A stretch of 57,777 bases of DNA from an uncultured bacterium. GTDB lineage: Bacteria; CALINM01. Positions 29,417 through 38,155 of this stretch are shown here, piece after piece. The stretch spans positions 1 to 57,777 of the forward strand of contig CALINM010000010.1 in NCBI GenBank assembly GCA_938045315.1. The letters are read 5' to 3'. Made by a program: the position numbers and the translations under genes. Below the pieces are notes generated by a model. The model did no database searches, was not told where the DNA came from, and saw nothing but the letters and a program-made list of their open reading frames with translations. Each line of letters starts with the position of its first letter. The first letter of the stretch is position 1.

Positions 29417-30438
29417 ATGAGGTAGATATGTTTTTCCTGCAGTTTAATCGTTTCTCCGATAAGTGACACTTCTTTATCACCATTGTTTTTTATTTCTCTC
29501 AATATTCTTTCTGTCTTCTTCTTATCACAGAATATCAAAAGCCCACCCGATGTTTCTGGAACAGAAAACTTTAAAATCCATTCTTTATCTCCTTTAATAA
29601 AATCTTGAACAAACTCTTTATTTCTATAAGCTCCAGCTGGTACAAGTCCATAAGAAATATATAAATCAAAACCACTCATAAAAGGAACATTTTCTCTATA
29701 TATCCTTGCAGAAATATGACTTGCCTTTAGTACTTCCAGCAAGTGCCCTAAAAGTCCAAAACCTGTTATATCTGTCATTGTAACAATTCCTGCTTCTTCT
29801 GCCACTTTTGCAGAATATTTATTTAATCTTGTCATGTAATTTATCATCTCAGTTTTATGTTTTTCCTCTACCATTTCAGCTTTAAGAGCAGTGCTGATAA
29901 TTCCCCCACCAAGAGGTTTAGTTAATATTATATCCAGGCCCTCTTTTGCAATAGCATTGTGAAAAATATTCTCGCCAGGTATTCCCACAACAGAAAGTCC
30001 ATATTTAATCTCCCTATCTATAATCGTGTGCCCACCAACAAGACATGCACCAGCTTCTTCAATTTTGCTTAAACCACCACTAAAAATATCTTCAAGTATT
30101 TTTAAATCCAGGCAATCAACAGGAAAACCTGCAATATTTAAAACACTAACAGGTTTACCCCCCATAGCATAGACATCAGAAAGGGCGTTGGCTGCTGCTA
30201 TCTGCCCAAATATATAAGGATCTTCTACAACGGGTGTTATGATATCAGCAGTTTGGATTACTTTTTCTCTTCCAACAATTACAACAGCAGCATCATCATT
30301 ATTATCTGAACCAATAATAACTCTCTCATCTTTTTTGAATATCAGATTTTTTATGATATTGGCAAGGTCACCCGGACCTACCTTAGCTGCTCAACCTGCC
30401 GCTGTAGCATATTCCAAAAGATTAATCTTTTTGTCCAT
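29413..30438 (-). CDS. selD: selenide, water dikinase SelD, selenocysteine-containing (in-frame UGA at codon 16, 30391-30393)
   Basis: Translation from ATG 30438 gives MDKKINLLEYATAAG-U-AAKVGPGDLANIIKNL...DDAAVV...ITPVVEDPYIFGQIAAANALSDVYAMGGKP, continuous with track ORF 29413..30165. The UGA sits at the catalytic Cys/Sec position of the glycine-rich N-terminal loop. Confidence 0.88.
30365..30379 (-). promoter_or_regulatory. candidate bacterial SECIS hairpin for the selD UGA
   Basis: The mRNA reads UGA-GCAGCUAAGGU-AGGUC-CGGGU-GACCU: a 5-bp GC-rich stem with a G-rich 5-nt loop starting 11 nt after the UGA. An alternative pairing AAGGU/ACCUU is also possible. Confidence 0.45.
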
Positions 30439-30444
30439 GATAAA

Positions 30445-31896
30445 TTATTTTGTTGGGAGTGGAGCTGATGTTAGTAAATATTTAATATCTTCATCTTCGA
30501 ATTTAATTCCTCCTCCCATATATACACTTCTTCTTTTTCTATCGCTTATAACATCATCAACGCCTGCTGATAAAAAGAAATATTTGAAGATATTGTAATT
30601 AGTCCCAATTTTAACGTGGGGATTATACTTTTTGTCAAAATCATAAATTTCAAAGGTGTGTTTAAATTTGTCATTATGAGTATACCAATCAACTCCCAAT
30701 CCCCCGGTGGACTCAAAAAGCCCTCCCCTTATCTCCACATCATGAAACCTTTTACCGATCTGAGCATTTATAAGAACTGTTCTTTCCTTTTCTGTCTCTG
30801 TGGTTGTAATTATTGGCGCTCTTAACCCTGAAACCCTTTCAGTTTTTCTCGAAAGTCTACCCTTTGGACTATCAACACCGCCTATCATGTAAAAATAATC
30901 TGATTTAGGAAATATCTTAAGATTTACCTGTGATCTGGCATCACTTAATCTTTGTAAATATTCTGACTTAAACTCAAAAAAAGTTCTTAAAGAGTCTGCC
31001 TTATTCAACATTTTATTAACACCAGCGAGGGTTTTATTTAGATTTTCATGGACAGAATCTTCGTTTATTAGTTTTCCCAGTGTTCCTTCTCCCTTATCAA
31101 TTTTGTCAGATACACTTTTTATTGATGCAAGGGTCTGATCTAGTCTTTCTGAAGCTTTTTTAATATTTTCAATGCTTTCTCTAACATCTCCCCTATTTTC
31201 ACTAAGTATTTCTTTCAAATTTCTTGTAATTTCCTTGAGTTCTTCAGAAAGTTCCGGGGTTTTTTCTGCAAGGATAGCTGAGAATTTTTCTAAATTCTTT
31301 ACCGTATTTGAAAGGCTTTCATCATTTTTTTTAACTAATCTATTAATGTTTAAAGTTAGTTCATAAAGATTATCCCTGATTCCTTTAAGTGCTAATTCTC
31401 CTTCATCGCCACCAAGGGTTTTTCTTAAATTTATTGTAACGGCTTTTATGTCTTCCATAACAGTATCAACAGAAGCAAGTAGCTTATCAATGTCCATTGT
31501 CTTCTTCACATTTACAATCTCACCATTCTTTGGTATTCTCTCTTCCGAATCCCCAGGATACAACTCTACAAATTTCTCTCCCAGAACTCCCTTAGTTTTT
31601 ATCGTTGCTGTTGCATCTTTTTTTAACACCACATCCTCACCCAATTCAAGAACTACCCTTGCTTTTTTACCTTCCAGTTTTATATCCTTAACTCTTCCAA
31701 TTGTTACACCAGAAATCTGAACTGCTCCGCCTACATCGAGGCCTTCAGTATTATCAAAAAGAACGTATACTTCATAAGTCTTTCCACCACCAAAAAGCTT
31801 AAACTTTCCAACTTTAAAAGACATATAAATTAGTATTAAACAGCCTATAATAACAAATATACCTACTTTAAACTCTGATGATAAAGCCTTATTCAT
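30445..31896 (-). CDS. mlaD: MlaD/MCE-domain protein with a long C-terminal extension
   Basis: Start ATG 31896 (MNKALSSEFKVGIFVIIGCLIL TM anchor) overlaps the mlaF stop (ATGAATAA). The MCE domain YEVYVLFDNTEGLDVGGAVQISGVTIGRV is followed by coiled-coil repeats and a roughly 170-aa beta-rich tail. Confidence 0.8.
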   Translation of the reverse strand: MNKALSSEFKVGIFVIIGCLILIYMSFKVGKFKLFGGGKTYEVYVLFDNTEGLDVGGAVQISGVTIGRVKDIKLEGKKARVVLELGEDVVLKKDATATIKTKGVLGEKFVELYPGDSEERIPKNGEIVNVKKTMDIDKLLASVDTVMEDIKAVTINLRKTLGGDEGELALKGIRDNLYELTLNINRLVKKNDESLSNTVKNLEKFSAILAEKTPELSEELKEITRNLKEILSENRGDVRESIENIKKASERLDQTLASIKSVSDKIDKGEGTLGKLINEDSVHENLNKTLAGVNKMLNKADSLRTFFEFKSEYLQRLSDARSQVNLKIFPKSDYFYMIGGVDSPKGRLSRKTERVSGLRAPIITTTETEKERTVLINAQIGKRFHDVEIRGGLFESTGGLGVDWYTHNDKFKHTFEIYDFDKKYNPHVKIGTNYNIFKYFFLSAGVDDVISDRKRRSVYMGGGIKFEDEDIKYLLTSAPLPTK

Positions 31897-32656
31897 TATC
31901 CACCACCTGTATTGGTCCTTCTGATAAACCTTCAATAAATTGCTTTAAATAAGGATTATCTAAAGCTCTCATAACATCTGGTGTACCTTCTGCAATAATT
32001 TTGCCTTCAAACAACATGGCAATTTTATGAGCTATTCTAAATGTAGATTGTATATCATGGCTTATAATAATACAAGTCACATTTAATCTTTTTTGAATCT
32101 CCACAATAAGGTTGTCAATGTGAGCGGACATAATAGGATCTAAACCACTTGTGGGTTCATCAAAAAGTATGATATCGGGTTTTGCTATTATGGCCCTTGC
32201 AAGACCTGCTCTTTTTCTCATACCTCCTGAAATCTCCGAAGGGTATTTTTTCTCAGCACCAGTTAAGCCTACAAGAGCAAGTACCTCTTTAGTCCTTTCT
32301 TTTATCTCCTTGTGCGATAGTTTTGTATGTTCCACAAGGGGGAATGCCACATTTTCCTCAATAGTCATTGAATCAAAAAGAGCCCCTTCCTGAAAAAGCA
32401 TACCAAAACGCTTTCTTATTTCATTTAACTTATCTTCTGGCTCCTTTACGATATTAATACCATCGATATAAATTTCACCACTATCTGGTTTTATAAGCCC
32501 AATAATGTGTTTTAGTAAGACACTTTTTCCACCACCACTCCTACCTATAATTACAGTAATCATGCCCTTCGGTATATCAAGATCAAGCTCCCTTAAAACC
32601 TCTTGCGTTCCAAAACGTTTGCTAAGTTTTCTTATTTTTATAATGCTCTCTTCCAT
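31889..32656 (-). CDS. mlaF: ABC transporter ATP-binding protein MlaF
   Basis: 255 aa. Walker A GRSGGGKS, signature SGGMRKRAGLA and Walker B ILFDEPTSGLD. It lies between the mlaE and mlaD homologues. Confidence 0.88.
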   Translation of the reverse strand: MEESIIKIRKLSKRFGTQEVLRELDLDIPKGMITVIIGRSGGGKSVLLKHIIGLIKPDSGEIYIDGINIVKEPEDKLNEIRKRFGMLFQEGALFDSMTIEENVAFPLVEHTKLSHKEIKERTKEVLALVGLTGAEKKYPSEISGGMRKRAGLARAIIAKPDIILFDEPTSGLDPIMSAHIDNLIVEIQKRLNVTCIIISHDIQSTFRIAHKIAMLFEGKIIAEGTPDVMRALDNPYLKQFIEGLSEGPIQVVDNE

Positions 32657-32657
32657 A

Positions 32658-33428
32658 TCAAAATAAAAAGGATGTTAATATATAATCGGCTATAAAAATA
32701 ACAACACAGGACAAAACAACAGCCTCAGTTGTTGCTTTACCAACACCTCTGGCACCACCTTTTGTATAGTATCCTTTATAGCATCCAATTAAGGAAAGAA
32801 GTAATGCGAACACAACCGACTTAAAAAGCCCATTAAAAATATCGCTCATTTCTAAAAGATCTATTGTCCTATTAATGTATACTCCTTCATTTATATTAAG
32901 AAGTTTCACTCCCACAATATAGCCACCTAAAATACCCGTATAGTCGGATATGATTGTTAAAATTGGAATTACAAGAATAGAAGCAATTATCCTTGGTACT
33001 ATCAAGTATTTAACAGGATTTACCGCCATAACAGTTAACGCATCTATTTGTTCCGTGACCCTCATGGTACCAATTTCAGCAGCCATAGCTGATCCAGCTC
33101 TTGCTGTGACCATTATACTTGTCAAAACTGGTCCTAACTCCCTGCATAAACTAATTGCAACAATAGCTCCTACCATACTTTCAGCACTAAAACGTCTAAA
33201 ACCGGTATAAGTCTGAAGGGCTAAAACCATCCCTGTAAAAGTGCTCACAAGAATTACAACAAAGAGTGATTTTACCCCTATAAACTCCATTTGTATAAAA
33301 ATTCTTTCCAGTTTCAAAGGAGGCTTTAATGCCTCTTTTACAACTTGTATTAGCAAAAGAAGCATTTTTCCCGCTTCTGATATAAAATTGATAAATGTTC
33401 TTCCTATCCATTCAATAATTTTATTCAC
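32658..33428 (-). CDS. mlaE: ABC transporter permease MlaE
   Basis: 256 aa polytopic protein with MlaE-family motifs REL.PVLT..MVTARAGSAMAAEIGTMRVTEQIDAL. GTGA overlap with the alr stop. Confidence 0.88.
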   Translation of the reverse strand: MNKIIEWIGRTFINFISEAGKMLLLLIQVVKEALKPPLKLERIFIQMEFIGVKSLFVVILVSTFTGMVLALQTYTGFRRFSAESMVGAIVAISLCRELGPVLTSIMVTARAGSAMAAEIGTMRVTEQIDALTVMAVNPVKYLIVPRIIASILVIPILTIISDYTGILGGYIVGVKLLNINEGVYINRTIDLLEMSDIFNGLFKSVVFALLLSLIGCYKGYYTKGGARGVGKATTEAVVLSCVVIFIADYILTSFLF

Positions 33429-34519
33429 CTGTAAACCCTCTTAACCCTTTCAGGTAAATGACAAAAGAGTTCATAGGAGATTGTTTCTGCCCTTTTTGCT
33501 ACATTGTCGGGATGAACTTCACCATGCCCATCTCCCCATAAAACAACGCTATCACCTTTCTTCACATCTGGCAAATCAGTTACATCTATCATAAACATAT
33601 CCATACAAACTGTTCCTACTACGGGAGCTAAACCCCTGTTTTCAACATATACGATGCCTCTATTTGATAGATTTCTTGGATACCCATCCCCATAGCCAGC
33701 AGAAACGGTGGCAATCAAACTTTTTTTCCGTGTCTTAAAAGTGCACCCATAACTTATATATGTTCCTTTGTCAACAGTTTTCAAATAAACAATACGGCTT
33801 TTAAAAGTCATAACAGGTTTTAATTCAATTAATTTTTTATACTTTGGGGCTGGATAACTACCATAAATCATAATTCCAGGTCTTACAGCATTTAAAACAT
33901 CATCTAATTTATAGAACATACCAGCACTATTAGCAATATGGGCATCATCAAAATTTATACCATATTTTCTTAACTTATCAATAATATCATAGAAAATGTT
34001 AATTTGCCTTTTTGTATACTCTTCATCACTTTCTGCACAGGCTAAGTGAGCCATTATACCCATTAATTTTACTTTTTTGACTCCTTTTAAAATCTTTATA
34101 ATATCTTCTACTTCTTGAATACTAAACCCAGTTCTACCCATACCTGTGTCAAACTCGAGGTGTACATATAATTTTTTATCTGTTTTAGAAAGAAGATTTA
34201 GGCTTTCCATATCGAATACAACAGGCATCATTCTATCGTTAAAATACTTTATTTCCTCTGGAAAAAAGCCACCCAAAATAATAAAAGGTTTATCTGTGTA
34301 TTTTTTAAGGTATAATGCTTCTTTTATATTTGCTACTCCATAAATACTTGTATAATCATTTAATTTTTCAATCACTCTAACTGCACCATGACCATAGGCA
34401 TTGTCCTTAATAATAGAGATAAGTTTTTTATTTCCAGCCACTCTCTTTATTTCTTTAATGTTATTTACCAGGGCATTTAAGTCAATTACTGCATATGAGT
34501 GTCTCATATCTTTTAACAT
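33425..34519 (-). CDS. alr: alanine racemase
   Basis: 364 aa. PLP-lysine context IIKDNAYGHGA and the C-terminal half ...SYG...VSAGYGDGYPR...VGTVCMDM. Confidence 0.9.
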   Translation of the reverse strand: MLKDMRHSYAVIDLNALVNNIKEIKRVAGNKKLISIIKDNAYGHGAVRVIEKLNDYTSIYGVANIKEALYLKKYTDKPFIILGGFFPEEIKYFNDRMMPVVFDMESLNLLSKTDKKLYVHLEFDTGMGRTGFSIQEVEDIIKILKGVKKVKLMGIMAHLACAESDEEYTKRQINIFYDIIDKLRKYGINFDDAHIANSAGMFYKLDDVLNAVRPGIMIYGSYPAPKYKKLIELKPVMTFKSRIVYLKTVDKGTYISYGCTFKTRKKSLIATVSAGYGDGYPRNLSNRGIVYVENRGLAPVVGTVCMDMFMIDVTDLPDVKKGDSVVLWGDGHGEVHPDNVAKRAETISYELFCHLPERVKRVYR

Positions 34520-34585
34520 GCTTAAATTTTAAATTCATAAGGCCATATTGTAAAGAATTATTATCAATAAAGTATGGTCACAGTG

Positions 34586-35374
34586 CTAAGTATATTTTAA
34601 TAGAATTACTGACCAATCATCGAGGGTTTCGAAATCAATTTCCTGGAAATCTGAATAGATTTTTTTAATGAGCCATACACTCTCTTTCATTATACCACCC
34701 AACAAAAGAGCTCCACCTTTTGATAATAACCTTTTAACATTATTTGAGACAAGCTTATGCACATTAAAAGGTACATTAGCTACTATAAAGGAAAAATTTT
34801 TTTTTAAGGCACTGATATCTTTTAAGATAACTTTGACTTTCTTAAACTTAATACGATTTTTTCTAACATTATTTATGGCTTCCTCTACTACATAAGGGCA
34901 TATATCCAGCCCAATTACTTTTTTTGCTCCCAATTTCGCCATCACTAAAGATAAAATGCCAGAACCAGTCCCCACATCAAGAGCTCTTTTATTCTGATAT
35001 AATTCTTTATAATTTAATAGCTTTTTTAATGTAAGAATTGTTGCTGGATGATCATATCCAAAAGATATTCCTGGCTTTATTACTATACACTTTTTATTAC
35101 TGGGTCCTCTCCTGGAGATTATCAGTTCATTATAAATCGAGACATTATTATAATTTTGGGGAGGTATTTTATCCCTCTTTAATGGAAATTCCTTATAATT
35201 ATAATCTTTAATAATTTTTTTTAGCTCCTTTTCCTTTGTAATATTTTCTACAAATACTGAAAGTAAATCAATTCTTTTTGTAATAAGTGAATACTCTTTT
35301 AGCTTTATAGTTAGAGGGTGGATGGGAAAATCCTTGCTGTCATAAATAACAAATTCTTTATAAAATTTCTTCAT
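34586..35374 (-). CDS. prmA: ribosomal protein L11 methyltransferase-like (PrmA family) SAM methyltransferase
   Basis: SAM motif ALDVGTGSGILSLVMAKLGAKKVIGLDI and post-II ANV. Start set at ATG 35374 (MKKFYKEF), because the longer ORF-track N-terminus lies inside the RNase P RNA gene. Confidence 0.7.
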   Translation of the reverse strand: MKKFYKEFVIYDSKDFPIHPLTIKLKEYSLITKRIDLLSVFVENITKEKELKKIIKDYNYKEFPLKRDKIPPQNYNNVSIYNELIISRRGPSNKKCIVIKPGISFGYDHPATILTLKKLLNYKELYQNKRALDVGTGSGILSLVMAKLGAKKVIGLDICPYVVEEAINNVRKNRIKFKKVKVILKDISALKKNFSFIVANVPFNVHKLVSNNVKRLLSKGGALLLGGIMKESVWLIKKIYSDFQEIDFETLDDWSVILLKYT

Positions 35375-35380
35375 AAAAAA

Positions 35381-35752
35381 CATCGAGCAGAGGTATAAGC
35401 CGGGTTCTGTCGAGTACGACCATTTATCTTGGGAAGGCTTTTGCAAGCCACCTCATGCAGCCTACCCGCACCGCCTCTTATCGAGAATTTGGGCATAAAT
35501 CAGTGCTCTTTAAAAAGCACTGCGGTGCCTATTTGGCCTTGCTCCGGGTGGGGTTTGCCATGCCTCCAGTGTCACCACTGAAGCGGTGAGCTCTTACCTC
35601 ACCTTTTCACCCTTACTCCGTATATACGGAGCGGTATATTTTCTGTGGCACTTTCCTTTCGTCACCGAAACTTCCTGTTAGGAAGCACCCTGCCCTCTGG
35701 AGCCCGGACTTTCCTCCCCTTTATATCGGGGTGGTCGTATCCTCTACTCGTA
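35381..35752 (-). ncRNA. rnpB: RNase P RNA (bacterial type A)
   Basis: The minus strand contains the universally conserved GAGGAAAGTCCGGGCTCC near the 5' end and ACAGAACCCGGCTTA near the 3' end. It also has GTGCCACAGAAA and AAGGGTGAAAAGGTG blocks. The termini pair as P1 (CGAGTAGAGG / CCTCTGCTCG). It is a GC-rich island with no ORF. End positions are +/- 5 nt. Confidence 0.92.
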
Positions 35753-35759
35753 TAAAATT

Positions 35760-35789
35760 ATTCTATTAAATATCCCTAAAAATTTCCAA
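35760..35789 (-). promoter_or_regulatory. candidate promoter for rnpB
   Basis: On the minus strand: TTGGAA, 18 nt, then TAGAAT, ending about 9 nt before the P1 5' arm. Confidence 0.35.
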
Positions 35790-35800
35790 AAAATTTTTGA

Positions 35801-36538
35801 CTAATTACCCTTTTCCTCTTCAGCTGGTTCCGCTTCTGGAATATAAACAAGAAATCTTTGACAATATGGGCAGTTATATAAATTATCTCCCTTTAATATA
35901 AGGTTATAAAGTTGCGGCGGTAAGTTCATAAAACATCCTTCGCATGACTCATTTTTTGCTTGACTAACACCTATCCCTCTGCTTTTATTTCGAATCATTT
36001 CATATTTTTTATAAATATCTTCGGGGATTTTCGATATATACACATTTCTTCCTGAAAGAAGTTTTTCCTTTGCTTCTTTTAGTTTTAACTCCTCTTCTTC
36101 ATAAATCTTTAAATTATCCTTTATTAATTTTACCTCTTTTTCAATCTGGGGCATCAGGGTTTCTAAATCTTTATTAATAGCTTCTATTTGCTCCATTTTT
36201 TTAAGAACTTCATCTTCCCGTAATTTATTAGCCTTTTTAGCTAATTCTACTTTTTTCCGTACTTCCTGATATTCTTTAGGGTTTCTAATATAACCCAGTC
36301 TGCTTTCTACAGTTTTTATCTTATTTGCTTCTTCTTCTATTTCCTTCTCTAATTTATTCTTTTCATCCTCAATGGATGCTAATTCCTCCTTTTTTTTCCT
36401 ACCCTCTTCCTCAATTTCTCTTATTTTTTCACACAACTCCTTTTTTTTTGACGGTATTTCACTAAGTCTTTTATCAAATTCTAAAATTTCTAAATCTAAC
36501 TTCTGTAAGCCCCATAGCGCAGCAATAGTATCCTTCAA
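35801..36538 (-). CDS. coiled-coil protein with a C-terminal C4 zinc ribbon (COG1579/DUF164 family)
   Basis: 245 aa. TTG start 5 nt after an AAGGAGG SD. Long Glu/Lys-rich heptad region and a C-terminal CEGC...(19)...CPYC. Confidence 0.8.
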   Translation of the reverse strand: MKDTIAALWGLQKLDLEILEFDKRLSEIPSKKKELCEKIREIEEEGRKKKEELASIEDEKNKLEKEIEEEANKIKTVESRLGYIRNPKEYQEVRKKVELAKKANKLREDEVLKKMEQIEAINKDLETLMPQIEKEVKLIKDNLKIYEEEELKLKEAKEKLLSGRNVYISKIPEDIYKKYEMIRNKSRGIGVSQAKNESCEGCFMNLPPQLYNLILKGDNLYNCPYCQRFLVYIPEAEPAEEEKGN

Positions 36539-36549
36539 GTTTGCCTCCT

Positions 36550-37632
36550 TTAAACATAATTGTAGAAATCCTTATTTTCTACAAAAACTCTAAAAACTAA
36601 TTTTTTAAACTTACTTTCCAGTTCTTTTTTTAGTATATCTAAAACGGGAATTTCAGAAGCCCTGTGCCCTACATCTGCAAGGGCAATTTTGTCAGCATAT
36701 TCCAGTACTTCATGGTATTTTAGATCCCCTGTAATGTACAAGTCTGCTCCTTTTTTTAATGCGTCAGGTATAAAAGCCCCCCCTGAACCACCACAGAGGG
36801 CTATTGAATTTATTTTTTTATTTAAATCACCTTTAAATTTAATTTTGTCTATTCCTAATAATTCTTTAACTTCCTTAAGTACTACATGCAGTTTTTTTGA
36901 TACTTTATATTTGCCAATAACACCATAACCTAATTCTAAAGGATTTATACATTCTTCAAATACATCAAAAGCAATCTCGTCATAGGGATGAATATCCTTC
37001 AATTTGCTTATGCATTCATTAATTTTATCCTTTCTCACTATAAACTCAACCTTATTTTCATTAAATCTTTCTTTATCTATGTATGGTTTTGCTTTTTTTT
37101 TAACGCGGAATTGTCCAATCCCCTTTGAAGTAAATGCACAGTTTTTATATTTTAAAAACTCCCCCACACCTTCTGTTAATATATTGTCTAAGATCTCTTC
37201 TGCTTTATCTTCTGTAATAAAAAAGGACACTTTGTAAAACTTTTGTTCTTTAAGAGGAGAGAGGATCTTACACTCTTGAAGTCCAATTTTTGAGGCGAGA
37301 CAAAAACTGACTCCCTGTGGAATAACATCTAAATTCGTGTGCGTTGATATGACATTTATATTATAGTTAATAAGATCATTTATCAAATTGTTACTTCGAT
37401 TAATGCATATAATTGGCTTGAAAAAAAGGGGATGATGTGAAATTATTAAATTTGAGTTATCCTTTATCGCAGTCCTAACAAGCTCATAAGTTATATCTAA
37501 GCAAATAATCGGATTTCTAACTTTATCACCAAGATCACCTATCTGTAGCCCTGAGTTATCCCAAGATTCTTGCAGTATGAAGGGAGCAAAACTATTAATA
37601 GCCTCATAAATATCTTTAACAGTAATATCCAT
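36550..37632 (-). CDS. NIF3-family metal-binding protein (GTP cyclohydrolase I type 2 homologue) with an inserted PII-like domain
   Basis: 360 aa. WDNSGLQIG, ISHHPLFFKP and C-terminal DVGHRASE motifs of the NIF3/YbgI family. This is the long form with a central insert. Confidence 0.85.
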   Translation of the reverse strand: MDITVKDIYEAINSFAPFILQESWDNSGLQIGDLGDKVRNPIICLDITYELVRTAIKDNSNLIISHHPLFFKPIICINRSNNLINDLINYNINVISTHTNLDVIPQGVSFCLASKIGLQECKILSPLKEQKFYKVSFFITEDKAEEILDNILTEGVGEFLKYKNCAFTSKGIGQFRVKKKAKPYIDKERFNENKVEFIVRKDKINECISKLKDIHPYDEIAFDVFEECINPLELGYGVIGKYKVSKKLHVVLKEVKELLGIDKIKFKGDLNKKINSIALCGGSGGAFIPDALKKGADLYITGDLKYHEVLEYADKIALADVGHRASEIPVLDILKKELESKFKKLVFRVFVENKDFYNYV

Positions 37633-37692
37633 TTTTATGCTTTATTAAGTATCGTAAGTACAACATATCTATCTACAAAAAGTTTTTAAAAA

Positions 37693-37766
37693 TGGGCTCA
37701 CCTGGATTCGAACCAGGGACCGACCGGTTATGAGCCGGTGGCTCTACCAAGCTGAGCTATGAGCCC
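37693..37766 (-). tRNA. tRNA with anticodon CAT (elongator Met, or Ile2 if lysidinylated)
   Basis: The reverse complement is GGGCTCATAGCTCAGCTTGGTAGAGCCACCGGCTCATAACCGGTCGGTCCCTGGTTCGAATCCAGGTGAGCCCA. It folds as a cloverleaf with anticodon loop CTCATAA. G1-C72 is paired and there is no GGG/CCC anticodon stem, so it is not an initiator. Confidence 0.88.
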
Positions 37767-37776
37767 TTAAAGATCA

Positions 37777-37807
37777 ATTATACCCTAAATTTAGTGGTAA
37801 ATGTCAA
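37777..37807 (-). promoter_or_regulatory. promoter candidate for tRNA-CAT
   Basis: On the minus strand: TTGACA, 19 nt, then TATAAT, ending 10 nt before the tRNA 5' end. Both hexamers are consensus but the spacer is long. Confidence 0.45.
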
Positions 37808-38155
37808 GATTTTTAAAATTTTTTACAAAATTTGGAATTTAGCTATTTTATGATTAAAGAGTAAAAAAACAGACACATCCGGGCACCTAGTAATTATCTT
37901 TTTAACTCCTCGTATTTTGCTTACCCACTATTTATTTGTTTCTTAACTTGTCTACTGAACACCTATTTTCACTATGTATATCATTACCCTTTCAATCCTG
38001 CGTACCCATATACTTAGTACACACCTTTTGTATTAATTATTAATTAAGCTTATTACTAAAAATTCCCTTTTTCGGAAGCATAATTTTTTTCTCTCTATTA
38101 CTCTCTACTATTATTTTATTGTAAAAGTGCCTATCCCCATTTTACCTATTTTAAA

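Noticed and set aside
30391-30393. Reading the selD TGA as a true stop or pseudogene lesion
   Set aside because: The codon sits exactly at the known Cys/Sec catalytic position, the flanking sequence is fully conserved and in frame, and a hairpin follows.
30239-30598. 119-aa plus-strand ORF
   Set aside because: It is the antisense shadow of the selD N-terminal region and the mlaD 3' end. The minus-strand Sec read-through model explains the sequence.
35375-35446. N-terminal 24 codons of the prmA ORF in the track
   Set aside because: They fall inside the RNase P RNA 3' region (ACAGAACCCGGCTTA block). ATG 35374 gives a sensible start.
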